A stretch of DNA of 64,000 nt from an uncultured Verrucomicrobiae bacterium (GCA_963804345.1 CAWDPX010000015.1:119147-183146), one strand, 5' to 3'. Positions 38,023-46,661 are shown, counted from the first letter of the stretch. Numbers and translations: made by a program. The notes: generated by a model from the letters alone, not told the origin.

Positions 38023-41000
38023 TCATTCGTCCGCAGTATTTGCAGCCTGGTTGCCAAGCAACTCCTGGGCGGCACGAACAAATCCATTTTGGCCGATTGC
38101 CTTGCCCGGGGTGATGTTTTCCTCCAGTTCCTGCAACCTAAAACGGTATTCCATATCCCGGTCTTGTTCGCTGGCTTGCGCCGCCTGCTTTTCAACTTGT
38201 GCCTTGCTGGCCGGCAACGGATAAAGACTTTCGGGCTTGGCCGGGCGCTTCCCGGCGGCGATGGCAACATTGCTCCAGAGCGCGGCCAGATCGGAGACAT
38301 TCTCAAACGACGGATGGGTGTGCCGGCCCAGCGGATCCAGTCGAAGCAGATTGAAAACCACGGCATCGCGTTCCGGCGCGGGTTGAAAAACATGAGAACT
38401 GATGCCTTCGATTTTGACCCAGGCATTGAGATAATCCGGATCCAGTCTGACCGCCGCGTGATAATTGGTCAGCGCCTCCGGATAACGCCCTTCTTCTTCC
38501 CGCAGATAGCCGAGCAGATAATGCACCTGCGGCTTATTCGGCGTTTTTTGGGCCAGTTCGGTGAACACCTTTTCGGCAATGCCTTGCGCCCGTTCACCAT
38601 CAAACGCGCGCTCGCACCCGAAACAATAACTCTCCATGCGGCCAAACTGGTCAGGCATCAACTCGTAGGCGCGACGGTAATGTTCCTCCGCCTGCTGGTG
38701 CAATCCCATGTCCGACAATTGCACGGCCAGCCGCGCATGGATGCAATAGGCGTCCGCAAAACGGTTTAATGAATCCTGATACATGGCCACGGCCCGTTTG
38801 AGCAGGCCGGCGGCGTGAAATTGGTCGGCTAATTCCGCTTGATGCACGGATTGAACAACGCCACGCAAAGTTGCTGCCTCATTGGTGTCGCCCCGGGCGG
38901 CGCGGATCTCTGCCAGTTCGACATAGGCGCGGATGCGGTCGCCGGGACCTTCCTCGCCATCCGTGGGATCAATGGTAATGGCCTGGCGGGCGGCTTGTTC
39001 GGCTTCCGCCAAATGCTGGTGGGTGCGCAACCAGTGTGCCTTCCAGATCAACGGTCGTTCCTCGAACTGGTCCCGCGCAAACAAAGCATCCAGTTCGGCC
39101 GGGACGTTTTCATCATCCAGTGAGAGCAGCAATTCATAAAGCCGGTCGCAGCCGGGGGATTGATCGAACAGTGGGATGAGCAGTTTGCGCGCTTCCGCCG
39201 GGCGTCCGGTTTTGGCCAGCGCCGCAGCGGCGTAGTAGCCTGCCGGCACGTGCTGATCGGAATAAACCGGGTTCAAATCAGCCAGGTCTTTGACGCCCCA
39301 ATACGGCGCCTGATCGAACAGCTGCAACACGTCGGCGTCTCTTCCAGCATGGTGATAAAGCCGGGCCAGCGATGTCAGAATTTGAGCGGCGGGAGTGGAG
39401 CGTCCTTCGTAACCGTACATTCGCGGGTCGGCCTTCTTCGAGACGGCGTTGGACAAGGTTGTGGCCAGAACCATTTCCGCCTCCGGTCCCCGATTGATAT
39501 CCTCCAAAAGAGTTGCCAACGACAGTGCGGTATTGTTTCCCCACGGAGAATAATCCTGTTCATCCTGTTTTTGAACAGCCGCCCTGGTTGCAGTAATGCC
39601 TTCCTCCAGCCATTCCGGACGATCGAGGAGGTGGCCGATTTGCGCCAGCTTCAGTGCCAGGTCTCCGCGGCTTTCACGCTCGTAGTGGGCTGAGGCTGAA
39701 ACCGGTTCATTGGTTTGCATCAAGCGGCGAAGTTCGGTCACACCGGCCTCGACTTCGTCGTTGGCCAGCAACGCCTGATACAACAATTGTTGCAGATGCA
39801 GCCGTTGGCCCTTGCTCAGGCCGGGCTTGGAAATGGCGGTCTGAACCAGCTTGACCATTTCCGCGGTTTGACCCGCGTGCGCCGCCACCTGCACATACTC
39901 CTCCCAGAAAGGCAGATCCGGATTTTGCTGCAACAGTTCATGGAAAAAACCATTGAGCTGGCCGGCGAAACCGGCGCGTTCCATCTGCCGGACGGCTTCA
40001 TTCGGGAAGTAAGCGTCATTTTCCTTCTCAAATTGTCCGGCTACCGCCACGGCATCAGCCGTGCGCTCATGAGCTATCAGGCCAAGCAGATAATAAATCT
40101 GGGCGCTCTTCTTTTCATAGTCGCCGGAAGCCTCGGTCGGAAGCGGCATTGAAGGCAGGTCGGAAACGGCTGCCGGAGGTTCGTTGGTTTCGGGTTTGGC
40201 AAAGCGTTTTTCCATCGCTTCATACAAATCCACCGACTCCAGCGAATTGACCAGCGACCACTGCGGTGTTTTTAATTCTTTGACCAATTCCAACGCCAGT
40301 TTCTGCGCGAGCTTGTCGGTGGCCGTGCCGGTTTCAATGTTTAATTGGGCTTTGGATTTGACCAGGGCGTGCCGGAGAAATGCCTCGGCCTTTTCCGGTC
40401 CGACCAGCGGAACGAGGTCCGGGACTTGAAGACTGGATTGATAACGATAGTCTTCCCCGGATTGTTGGGCCGCCAGTTTCCGGTCCAATGCCTGCAGCAC
40501 GGCATCGGGATTGTCCATTGTGGCCATCAGGGAACTGCTTAGTTCCTCAAACAGGGAATTGTAAAAGTAGGCCTGCCGGGTTTTGGCCTTGGCGGCGAGG
40601 GCTTCCAAGGCGGCGATGTCTTCCCGCCGCTTGGTCGTGTCACCCAGAAGGGTGTGAGCCAGCAGCCGCAAGCCAAGCTTTTGCAACGACTGAGCGCCTT
40701 CGCCCGCCGGACGCGCTTCGATGGCCTTGCCCAGTTCCGGCCAACTGGAAGGCGGAGGCAGCGCCTCGACCAATTCCTCCGGTTGGATGGGATGGGACAT
40801 CCCGCCCTGTTGGCCATAATTGGCGGGCGTCTCATTCAGTTGCAGCAGGCGATCCACCAGTGCCAGCCATTGTTTCGCCGCTTCGGCCGGCGCCAGGCTG
40901 GCGGACTGTTGCTTGAAAGCCTTCAAATCCTCGCGCAGTTGTGACGTCGGCGATGGTTTTTCCTCCTTCGATTTCGGTTGGTTGCTGCCTTCTGCCGCCT

Positions 41001-41130
41001 GACGAAGAACGGCATCCGCTCCCTCATAATTGGTTGCCGACGTCGCTTCCGCCGTTGTGGTCCAAACCCAGGCGCCCACCATACACAACACGACACTGGC
41101 AACGATTTTGCGGCAGATTTTGATGTTCAT
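38023..41130 (-). CDS. Large secreted TPR-repeat protein
   Basis: Signal/anchor MNIKICRKIVASVVLCMVGAWVWTTTAEA. Multiple TPR-like units near the C-terminus (..AEEHYRRAYELMPD.., ..ALTNYHAAVRLDPDYLNAW..). Confidence 0.7.
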   Translation of the reverse strand: MNIKICRKIVASVVLCMVGAWVWTTTAEATSATNYEGADAVLRQAAEGSNQPKSKEEKPSPTSQLREDLKAFKQQSASLAPAEAAKQWLALVDRLLQLNETPANYGQQGGMSHPIQPEELVEALPPPSSWPELGKAIEARPAGEGAQSLQKLGLRLLAHTLLGDTTKRREDIAALEALAAKAKTRQAYFYNSLFEELSSSLMATMDNPDAVLQALDRKLAAQQSGEDYRYQSSLQVPDLVPLVGPEKAEAFLRHALVKSKAQLNIETGTATDKLAQKLALELVKELKTPQWSLVNSLESVDLYEAMEKRFAKPETNEPPAAVSDLPSMPLPTEASGDYEKKSAQIYYLLGLIAHERTADAVAVAGQFEKENDAYFPNEAVRQMERAGFAGQLNGFFHELLQQNPDLPFWEEYVQVAAHAGQTAEMVKLVQTAISKPGLSKGQRLHLQQLLYQALLANDEVEAGVTELRRLMQTNEPVSASAHYERESRGDLALKLAQIGHLLDRPEWLEEGITATRAAVQKQDEQDYSPWGNNTALSLATLLEDINRGPEAEMVLATTLSNAVSKKADPRMYGYEGRSTPAAQILTSLARLYHHAGRDADVLQLFDQAPYWGVKDLADLNPVYSDQHVPAGYYAAAALAKTGRPAEARKLLIPLFDQSPGCDRLYELLLSLDDENVPAELDALFARDQFEERPLIWKAHWLRTHQHLAEAEQAARQAITIDPTDGEEGPGDRIRAYVELAEIRAARGDTNEAATLRGVVQSVHQAELADQFHAAGLLKRAVAMYQDSLNRFADAYCIHARLAVQLSDMGLHQQAEEHYRRAYELMPDQFGRMESYCFGCERAFDGERAQGIAEKVFTELAQKTPNKPQVHYLLGYLREEEGRYPEALTNYHAAVRLDPDYLNAWVKIEGISSHVFQPAPERDAVVFNLLRLDPLGRHTHPSFENVSDLAALWSNVAIAAGKRPAKPESLYPLPASKAQVEKQAAQASEQDRDMEYRFRLQELEENITPGKAIGQNGFVRAAQELLGNQAANTADE

Positions 41131-41270
41131 AAGTGTTCCATTTGTGGGTTGTAATTGAATGTGTAAAATCCTTATAGCTCTTGGGGAAATGACTTTCAAC
41201 CAAGATTTTGCAGGATGCCGTCAATCCGCCCGTCACGTTTGCCTGCCATCGCTACATTGAAACGGTTGGT

Positions 41271-43844
41271 TTACTCCCGCACCGTTGCCTTCAACTGCGC
41301 TTTGAACGCTTCCACGATTTTCGTGTGCGCGGCGTTGGCTTCGGCGTCGGTCAGCGTTTTGTCCGCGGCGCGATAGGTGAAGGCGTAGGCCAGGCTTTTT
41401 TGGCCCTCGGGAACGTTTTTGCCGCGGAACACGTCGAACAATTCCACCGCTTCCAGGTTCGCCGGTTTGGTCTGCTTCACCACCTGCAAAACGGCGTCGT
41501 GCGTCGTGGCTTCGGGCACAATCATCGCCACGTCCCGGCGGATGGCGGGAAACGCGGGCAATGGCTTGAATGACTTGGCCGGATTCCGCCGCGCCAGCAG
41601 CAAATCCAGATTCAATTCCGCCAGCAGCACGGCGTCGCGCAAATCATATTTCTTCGCCAGCGCGGGCAGCAATTGACCGAACTCGCCAACTTGATTTTTG
41701 CCCTGCAAAATGACGGCCGATTCGAGAAAGAGCGCGGTGCTTTCCGCCTGGCGCGCAAACGTCATTCCGCGCAAACCGAATTGCTCGAAAAATTCCTCCA
41801 ACACACCTTTCAAATCGCAGGCGTCAAATTTCGCGTCGCGTTCGCTGCCGCTCCAGAAGGGCAGGGCACGCTGGCCGGTGAGCGCGAGAGCTAGGCGGGG
41901 TTTTTCAAGGAAGAGGTGTGAGTCGGCATTTGGTCCTTCCTTTGTGCCGAACACCTGCCCGATTTCAAACAGCGCCACGTCGTAATTCTTCCGGCTCAAG
42001 TTATGTCGCAACGAATGAATCAATCCCGGCAACAAACTGGGACGCAGCACGTCCATGTCCGAACTCAACGGATTTGCCAGTGTAACCAATTCGGCATTCG
42101 GCATTCGGCATTCGGCATTCGCTATTAGCGTCTGCCCTTGCGCTTCGTTCAGGCCCAGCCCGCTCAAAATCCGGCGCGCTTCTGCCAGGACGTCGTGTGT
42201 CGCGTCGAATGCGTTCGTGCCTAGCGCGCCGCGCGGCGGAGTGGACGGAATTTTGTCCACGCCATGCAGCCGGGCGATTTCTTCGATCAAATCCACTTCA
42301 CGTTTCAAGTCCACGCGGAACGTGGGAATCCGAAACGTGACCGGTTCCGGCGCGGCGTTGGCGCCAACTGGCCGCGCCTTGTGACCGGCGGTTTTCAAAC
42401 CAAGCTGGCCGAGATAAAACTCAATTTCTTCAGGCCGAAGCTCAATGCCGAGCAGTTCGTTCACCTTGTGATGCCGCAGCGTGATTTGCTTCGGCTCGAC
42501 CGGTTTCGGGTAGGCGTCCACGACGCCTTCGGCGAGTTGGCCGCCGGCGGTTTCGAGAATCAATTGCGCGCACCGCGCGCCGGCCCAGTCGTTGATGTCA
42601 ATGTCCGCGCCGCGCTCGAAACGATAGCTGGCGTCGGTGCGCAGTCCCAGCGTCTTGCTCGTGCGGCGGATGTTCGTGGGCGAGAAATAGGCGCTCTCGA
42701 TGAGCACGTCCACGGTGTTGTCCTTGATCTCGGAATTCTGCCCGCCCATGACGCCGGCCAGCGCGATGCCTTTTTGTTCATCGGCGATGAGCAGATTGTC
42801 CGAAGTGAGCTTGTGTTTCTGGCCGTCGAGCGTGATGAACTCCTCGCCGGCCTTCGCGCGGCGGACGACGATGGTTGGCTTGCAGCCGCCGTCGTCAGAC
42901 GGCGCATTCTTTCCATCCGAAGTTTGCGCCGACTCACGTCGGCGGCTACGGGAAATAAGGTGATAATCAAACGCGTGCAGCGGCTGGCCGATTTCGAGCA
43001 TCACGTAATTCGTCACGTCCACGACGTTGTTGATGCTGCGGACGCCGACTTTTTCCAGGGTGGTTCGGAGCCAGTCCGGGCTGGGGCCAATCTTCACGCC
43101 TTTCACGACACGAGCGGTGTAACGCGGGCAAAGGTCTGGGTCATCGAGGCGGACGCTGACCAAATCCGCCGTTTTTTCGGAGGGGCGAGTTCCACGAGTC
43201 CCTAAATTTGCTTCGGAATCAGGGCGTCGCGGAGCTCCACCCTCCGAAACGTTTGGCACCTTCAACGCATTTCCCGTCACTGCCGCGATCTCGCGGGCGA
43301 TGCCGATGACGCTGTTCCAGTCCGACCGGTTGGGCGTGATTTCGAGATCGAACACCACGTCGCCGCCGGTGCGGCCGAGATATTCGGCGAACGGCTGGCC
43401 GATCTTGGCGTCCGCCGGCAGAATGAGCAGGCCGTCCACCTTGTCCGGCAGGCCGAGTTCCTGCGGCGAGCACATCATGCCGTGGCTGGTGATGCCGAAG
43501 ACTTTTCGTTCCTTGATGACGAACGGTTCCGTGTCGCCGGGCTTCAGCGGCAGGGCGAAGTTCGGCAGGATGAGCGGCACCTTGTCGCCGGGTTTGTGGT
43601 TTTGCGCGCCGCAAATGATGACGCGCTCGCCCTTGCCGTCGTTGACCTTGCAGACGGAGAGCTTGTCCGAGCCGGGCACGGGGTCGCGCGTAAGGATTTG
43701 GGCGACGACGATGCCGTCGAACTCGCCGCCGGTTTTATGGACGCCCTCGACTTCGAGGCCGAGCATGGTGAGCCGCTCCGCCAGTTGTTCGGGCGACCAG
43801 TCGAAATCAACGTATTGTTTGAGCCAGTTAAGGGTGAGTTTCAT
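41271..43844 (-). CDS. pheT: Phenylalanine--tRNA ligase beta subunit, with several short in-frame insertions
   Basis: MKLTLNWLKQYVDFDWSPEQLAERLTMLGLEVEG, tRNA-binding domain GSDKLSVCKVNDG, B3/4 and B5 regions, FDVFRGKNVPEGQKSLAY. Confidence 0.9.
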   Translation of the reverse strand: MKLTLNWLKQYVDFDWSPEQLAERLTMLGLEVEGVHKTGGEFDGIVVAQILTRDPVPGSDKLSVCKVNDGKGERVIICGAQNHKPGDKVPLILPNFALPLKPGDTEPFVIKERKVFGITSHGMMCSPQELGLPDKVDGLLILPADAKIGQPFAEYLGRTGGDVVFDLEITPNRSDWNSVIGIAREIAAVTGNALKVPNVSEGGAPRRPDSEANLGTRGTRPSEKTADLVSVRLDDPDLCPRYTARVVKGVKIGPSPDWLRTTLEKVGVRSINNVVDVTNYVMLEIGQPLHAFDYHLISRSRRRESAQTSDGKNAPSDDGGCKPTIVVRRAKAGEEFITLDGQKHKLTSDNLLIADEQKGIALAGVMGGQNSEIKDNTVDVLIESAYFSPTNIRRTSKTLGLRTDASYRFERGADIDINDWAGARCAQLILETAGGQLAEGVVDAYPKPVEPKQITLRHHKVNELLGIELRPEEIEFYLGQLGLKTAGHKARPVGANAAPEPVTFRIPTFRVDLKREVDLIEEIARLHGVDKIPSTPPRGALGTNAFDATHDVLAEARRILSGLGLNEAQGQTLIANAECRMPNAELVTLANPLSSDMDVLRPSLLPGLIHSLRHNLSRKNYDVALFEIGQVFGTKEGPNADSHLFLEKPRLALALTGQRALPFWSGSERDAKFDACDLKGVLEEFFEQFGLRGMTFARQAESTALFLESAVILQGKNQVGEFGQLLPALAKKYDLRDAVLLAELNLDLLLARRNPAKSFKPLPAFPAIRRDVAMIVPEATTHDAVLQVVKQTKPANLEAVELFDVFRGKNVPEGQKSLAYAFTYRAADKTLTDAEANAAHTKIVEAFKAQLKATVRE
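42090..42122. repeat. Tandem heptanucleotide repeat (TCGGCAT x4 plus a partial unit) inside pheT
   Basis: Direct reading. Translated on the minus strand as ANAECRMPNAEL. The same GAATGCC units recur at 61443-61460. Confidence 0.8.
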
Positions 43845-43848
43845 AGTA

Positions 43849-44310
43849 CTAGCTTGTGAGAATCTCGAATATTAACTCGCGCGGCTTGAGATTGAGGTGA
43901 CGAGCTAAATCTTTTAGCGATCTAATGTCCAACTCGCCGTTGCAGTAATTCACAGAAATGGCCTGACTGCCGACGATCAGTTTGAGGTGGTCCCCTTTTG
44001 ATGTTTCGAGTCTGAAGCCGCTCCTTCGAAAATAACGTTCGCATTTATGAATCTTTGGCCCTGGTAGTGCCTCTTTGATGTTTGCAGCAGTTTCTAGCGT
44101 GAGTGACTCGCTAGGAACAAGATCGTCGCGATAATCCAACGACACACCGTTACGAAGCACTCTTGTGTTAAACGGTGAGAAGCCGAACTCGGCAACTAGG
44201 TTTTCATCAAACAGCAAATCAACCACATTAAATCCTGGCTTGATGTAAAATGGCGACGTTTGTGTCCCCATCCTTACTATGACAGGCTTTGTGTAATCGA
44301 ATTGTTGCAT
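43849..44310 (-). CDS. Hypothetical protein with a HicA-like C-terminal domain
   Basis: The C-terminal ..FRRSGFRLETSKGDHLKLIVGSQAISVNYCNGELDIRSLKDLARHLNL aligns by eye to HicA (..GSNHLKLRFHGRRSVMPRHPCDEIKEPLRKAIIKQLGL). The N-terminal 85 aa are unassigned. The stop lies 4 nt before the pheT ATG. Confidence 0.45.
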   Translation of the reverse strand: MQQFDYTKPVIVRMGTQTSPFYIKPGFNVVDLLFDENLVAEFGFSPFNTRVLRNGVSLDYRDDLVPSESLTLETAANIKEALPGPKIHKCERYFRRSGFRLETSKGDHLKLIVGSQAISVNYCNGELDIRSLKDLARHLNLKPRELIFEILTS

Positions 44311-44329
44311 AAATCTTTTTTGCCTTAGG

Positions 44330-44386
44330 TTAAAACAGTTTCAAAAACCGCATGTCGTTCTCGTAAAAGAGGCAGATGTCGTTGAT
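44330..44386 (-). repeat. Relic copy A of the pheS 3' end including its stop codon
   Basis: The reverse strand reads ..INDICLFYENDMRFLKLF*, against the real pheS end ..INDIRLFYENDVRFLKQF* (45488-45544). 50/57 nt identical. Confidence 0.75.
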
Positions 44387-44618
44387 GCAGTCGCCAAGCT
44401 CCGTCAGGAGCGGCATCTTTGTAGCCAGCACGCCACCCACCACCCAAGCCCCGTCGGGGCGGCATATTCCAACAACCACAAATTTTTGACCGGCGTTGTT
44501 CATTCGTTGGCGATGTCGCTCCTGACGGAGCTTTTTTCATTTTATTTGTTTCGTTCTACAAATATTTCGCTCCTAACGGAGCTTCGATCAGGGCTCGACG
44601 GAGTCTCGCCCCACCCAA

Positions 44619-44653
44619 TTAAAACTGTTTCAAAAAACGCATGTCGTTTTCGG
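44619..44653 (-). repeat. Relic copy B of the pheS 3' end including its stop codon
   Basis: The reverse strand reads ENDMRFLKQF*. 30/35 nt are identical to 45488-45522. It lies 4 nt after the carbonic anhydrase stop and in the same frame. Confidence 0.7.
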
Positions 44654-44657
44654 AAAT

Positions 44658-45437
44658 CTATTTGTCGTAAAAATGAACCTCGCCGGTGGCGAGGTCGTAC
44701 ATGCCGCCGACCAAGCCGATCTGGCCGTTGTCAATCATCTCGCGCAGGATGGGGCTGCGTTCGCGGATTTGTTGCAGGACCAACTGCACGTTCATCTCGG
44801 ATACCTTGTCCACAAATTGCAGGTTCTTTGAATTGCGCGGCTGGCCGTCGGCGGGGACGTGTTCGATGGCCGGTTTGATTTTGGCGAGCAGGCCGGTGAG
44901 GTTGCCCAGTTCCACGCTGTCCACGGCGCCCTTGATGGCGCCGCAATTGGAATGGCCGATGACGGCAATCAATTTCGCGCCCGAAACCTTGCAGGCGAAT
45001 TCCAGGCTGCCGAGGATGTCGTCATTCAGCACGTTGCCGGCGACGCGCGCGCTGAAAATGTCGCCGATGCCCTGGTCTAAAACAATTTCGATGGGCTGGC
45101 GCGAATCCAGGCAGCTCAGGACCACGGCAAAGGGATACTGGCCGGAGGCGGTGGTTTTGACGTCCGCCGGCTGATTGCGAACCAGCGGGTGGCCGGCCAC
45201 AAACCGGGCATTGCCGGCGCGCAATTCGTCGAGCGCTTTTTGTGGCGTCATGGCCGCCTGCGATTCCTTGGTGGGCGGAGCCACCGCGGCACCAGTGGTG
45301 CAAGCCATACCCGACATCGGGCAAGTCTTTGCCGGCATCGAGCAGCAGGATTGTTTGGGAGAATGACAGCCTGCCGCGAGCAACACGGCGACGGCCAGAC
45401 CGGCAAACAGCGAGAGGCGATTCAATGGAGCTTTCAT
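44658..45437 (-). CDS. Beta-class carbonic anhydrase (lipoprotein)
   Basis: Lipobox LLAAGC. VLSCLDSRQPIEIV and VIGHSNCGAIKGA match the beta-CA Zn ligands (C-x-D-x-R, H-x-x-C). Confidence 0.85.
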   Translation of the reverse strand: MKAPLNRLSLFAGLAVAVLLAAGCHSPKQSCCSMPAKTCPMSGMACTTGAAVAPPTKESQAAMTPQKALDELRAGNARFVAGHPLVRNQPADVKTTASGQYPFAVVLSCLDSRQPIEIVLDQGIGDIFSARVAGNVLNDDILGSLEFACKVSGAKLIAVIGHSNCGAIKGAVDSVELGNLTGLLAKIKPAIEHVPADGQPRNSKNLQFVDKVSEMNVQLVLQQIRERSPILREMIDNGQIGLVGGMYDLATGEVHFYDK

Positions 45438-45487
45438 TTGTTTTCGATGTCGCTCCTAACGGAGCTTTAAGGTGCCAAATTGGAACC

Positions 45488-46546
45488 TTAAAATTGTTTC
45501 AAAAACCGCACGTCATTTTCGTAAAAGAGCCGGATGTCGTTGATGCCGTAACGGATCATGGCGATGCGCTCGATGCCGAAGCCGAACGCCCAGCCGGTCC
45601 AGATTTCGGGGTCGTAGCCGACGTTCTCGAACACCTGCGGATGCACCATGCCGCAGCCGGCGATTTCCAGCCAGTCCTTGCCCAGCTTCTTCACGAGCGC
45701 ATTGCTGAAATCAATCTCGAAGCTCGGCTCGGTGTAGCTGAAGTAGTGCGGACGGAAACGGATCTTCACATCCTTGCCCAGCAATTCCTTGAAAACGAAT
45801 TCGACCGTGCCCTTGAGGTCGCCCACGGTGACGCCCTTGTCCACGTAAAGCCCTTCGATCTGCTGGAAGGTTGGATTGTGCGTGGCGTCGGCGTTGTCGC
45901 GGCGATAAACGCGGCCGGGGACAATAATGCGCACGGGCGGCGGCTGCGATTTCATCACGCGGATTTGCACGGATGACGTATGCGTTCGGAGCAAAAGTGA
46001 TTGACGTCCGCCCTCGCCCCGGCCCTCTCCCCCGGGAGAGGGAGAATTATCCGCCGATCCACTTGCAAGGTAGAAAGTATCCTGGGTATCGCGTGCCGGA
46101 TGGTCGGCGGGGGTGTTGAGGGCGTCGAAACAATGATATTCGTCCTCGATCTCCGGGCCGTCGGCGACGGCGAAGCCGAGCTTGCGGAAGGCGCGGACGA
46201 TGTCCTCGGTGACCTGCGTGAGCGGATGAAGCTTGCCGAGCGCGCGGCGGCGTCCGGGCAGGGTGAAGTCGGTCGGCTCCTTGGGCAGGGCGGCCTTGAG
46301 TTCGAGTTCGGAGCGGCGTTCGGCGAGCGCGGCTTCGAGGGCGATTTTGGCGGCGTTGATGAGTTTGCCGGCGGCGGGCTTTTCCTCTTTCGAGAGCGTG
46401 CCGAGTTGTTTCATCAGCGCGGTGAACTTGCCGTTGGCGCCGAGCCAGGCGCCCTTGGTCTGTTCGAGCGCGGCGGGGTCGGGCGCCGCCTTGAGTTCGG
46501 CGAGCGCGGTTTGTTTCAATGGTTCAATTTCGTTTAGCAGAGACAT
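45488..46546 (-). CDS. pheS: Phenylalanine--tRNA ligase alpha subunit, with an in-frame repeat insertion
   Basis: HPLTQV, PADHPARDTQDTFY, LLRTHTSSVQIR, FRPHYFSYTEPS, GCGMVHPQVF, AFGFGIERIAMIRYGI. Confidence 0.9.
   Translation of the reverse strand: MSLLNEIEPLKQTALAELKAAPDPAALEQTKGAWLGANGKFTALMKQLGTLSKEEKPAAGKLINAAKIALEAALAERRSELELKAALPKEPTDFTLPGRRRALGKLHPLTQVTEDIVRAFRKLGFAVADGPEIEDEYHCFDALNTPADHPARDTQDTFYLASGSADNSPSPGGEGRGEGGRQSLLLRTHTSSVQIRVMKSQPPPVRIIVPGRVYRRDNADATHNPTFQQIEGLYVDKGVTVGDLKGTVEFVFKELLGKDVKIRFRPHYFSYTEPSFEIDFSNALVKKLGKDWLEIAGCGMVHPQVFENVGYDPEIWTGWAFGFGIERIAMIRYGINDIRLFYENDVRFLKQF
46005..46062. repeat. Single arm of the CCCTCGCCCCGGCCCTCTCCCCCGGGAGAGGGAGAA repeat family, in frame in pheS
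   Basis: Translated as ..NSPSPGGEGRGEGGRQ.. between the conserved DTFYL and LLRTHTS blocks. Confidence 0.7.
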
Positions 46547-46569
46547 TTAAGGGAGTGTTGAGCTTCGCG

Positions 46570-46661
46570 TTTCAAGTTTCAAGTTTTCAGTTTTCAGCCA
46601 AAGCAAAACGGGCGGACCATCGCTGGCCGCCCGCTGAAAACCTGAAACTGAAAACCTGAAA
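46570..46661 (-). terminator. Nested hairpin between rplT and pheS: GC-rich terminator-like stem-loop plus U-rich tract, enclosed by about 28-nt complementary simple-sequence arms
   Basis: The minus strand reads TTTCAGGTTTTCAGTTTCAGGTTTTCAGC-GGGCGGCCAGCGATGGTCCGCCC-GTTTTGCTTTG-GCTGAAAACTGAAAACTTGAAACTTGAAA. Confidence 0.5.

Noticed and set aside
44325-44540. A 71-aa minus-strand ORF between the HicA-like gene and the carbonic anhydrase gene.
   Set aside because: It is composed of the pheS-tail relic read out of frame plus copies of the TCGCTCCTRACGGAGC dispersed repeat. It has no coding signature.
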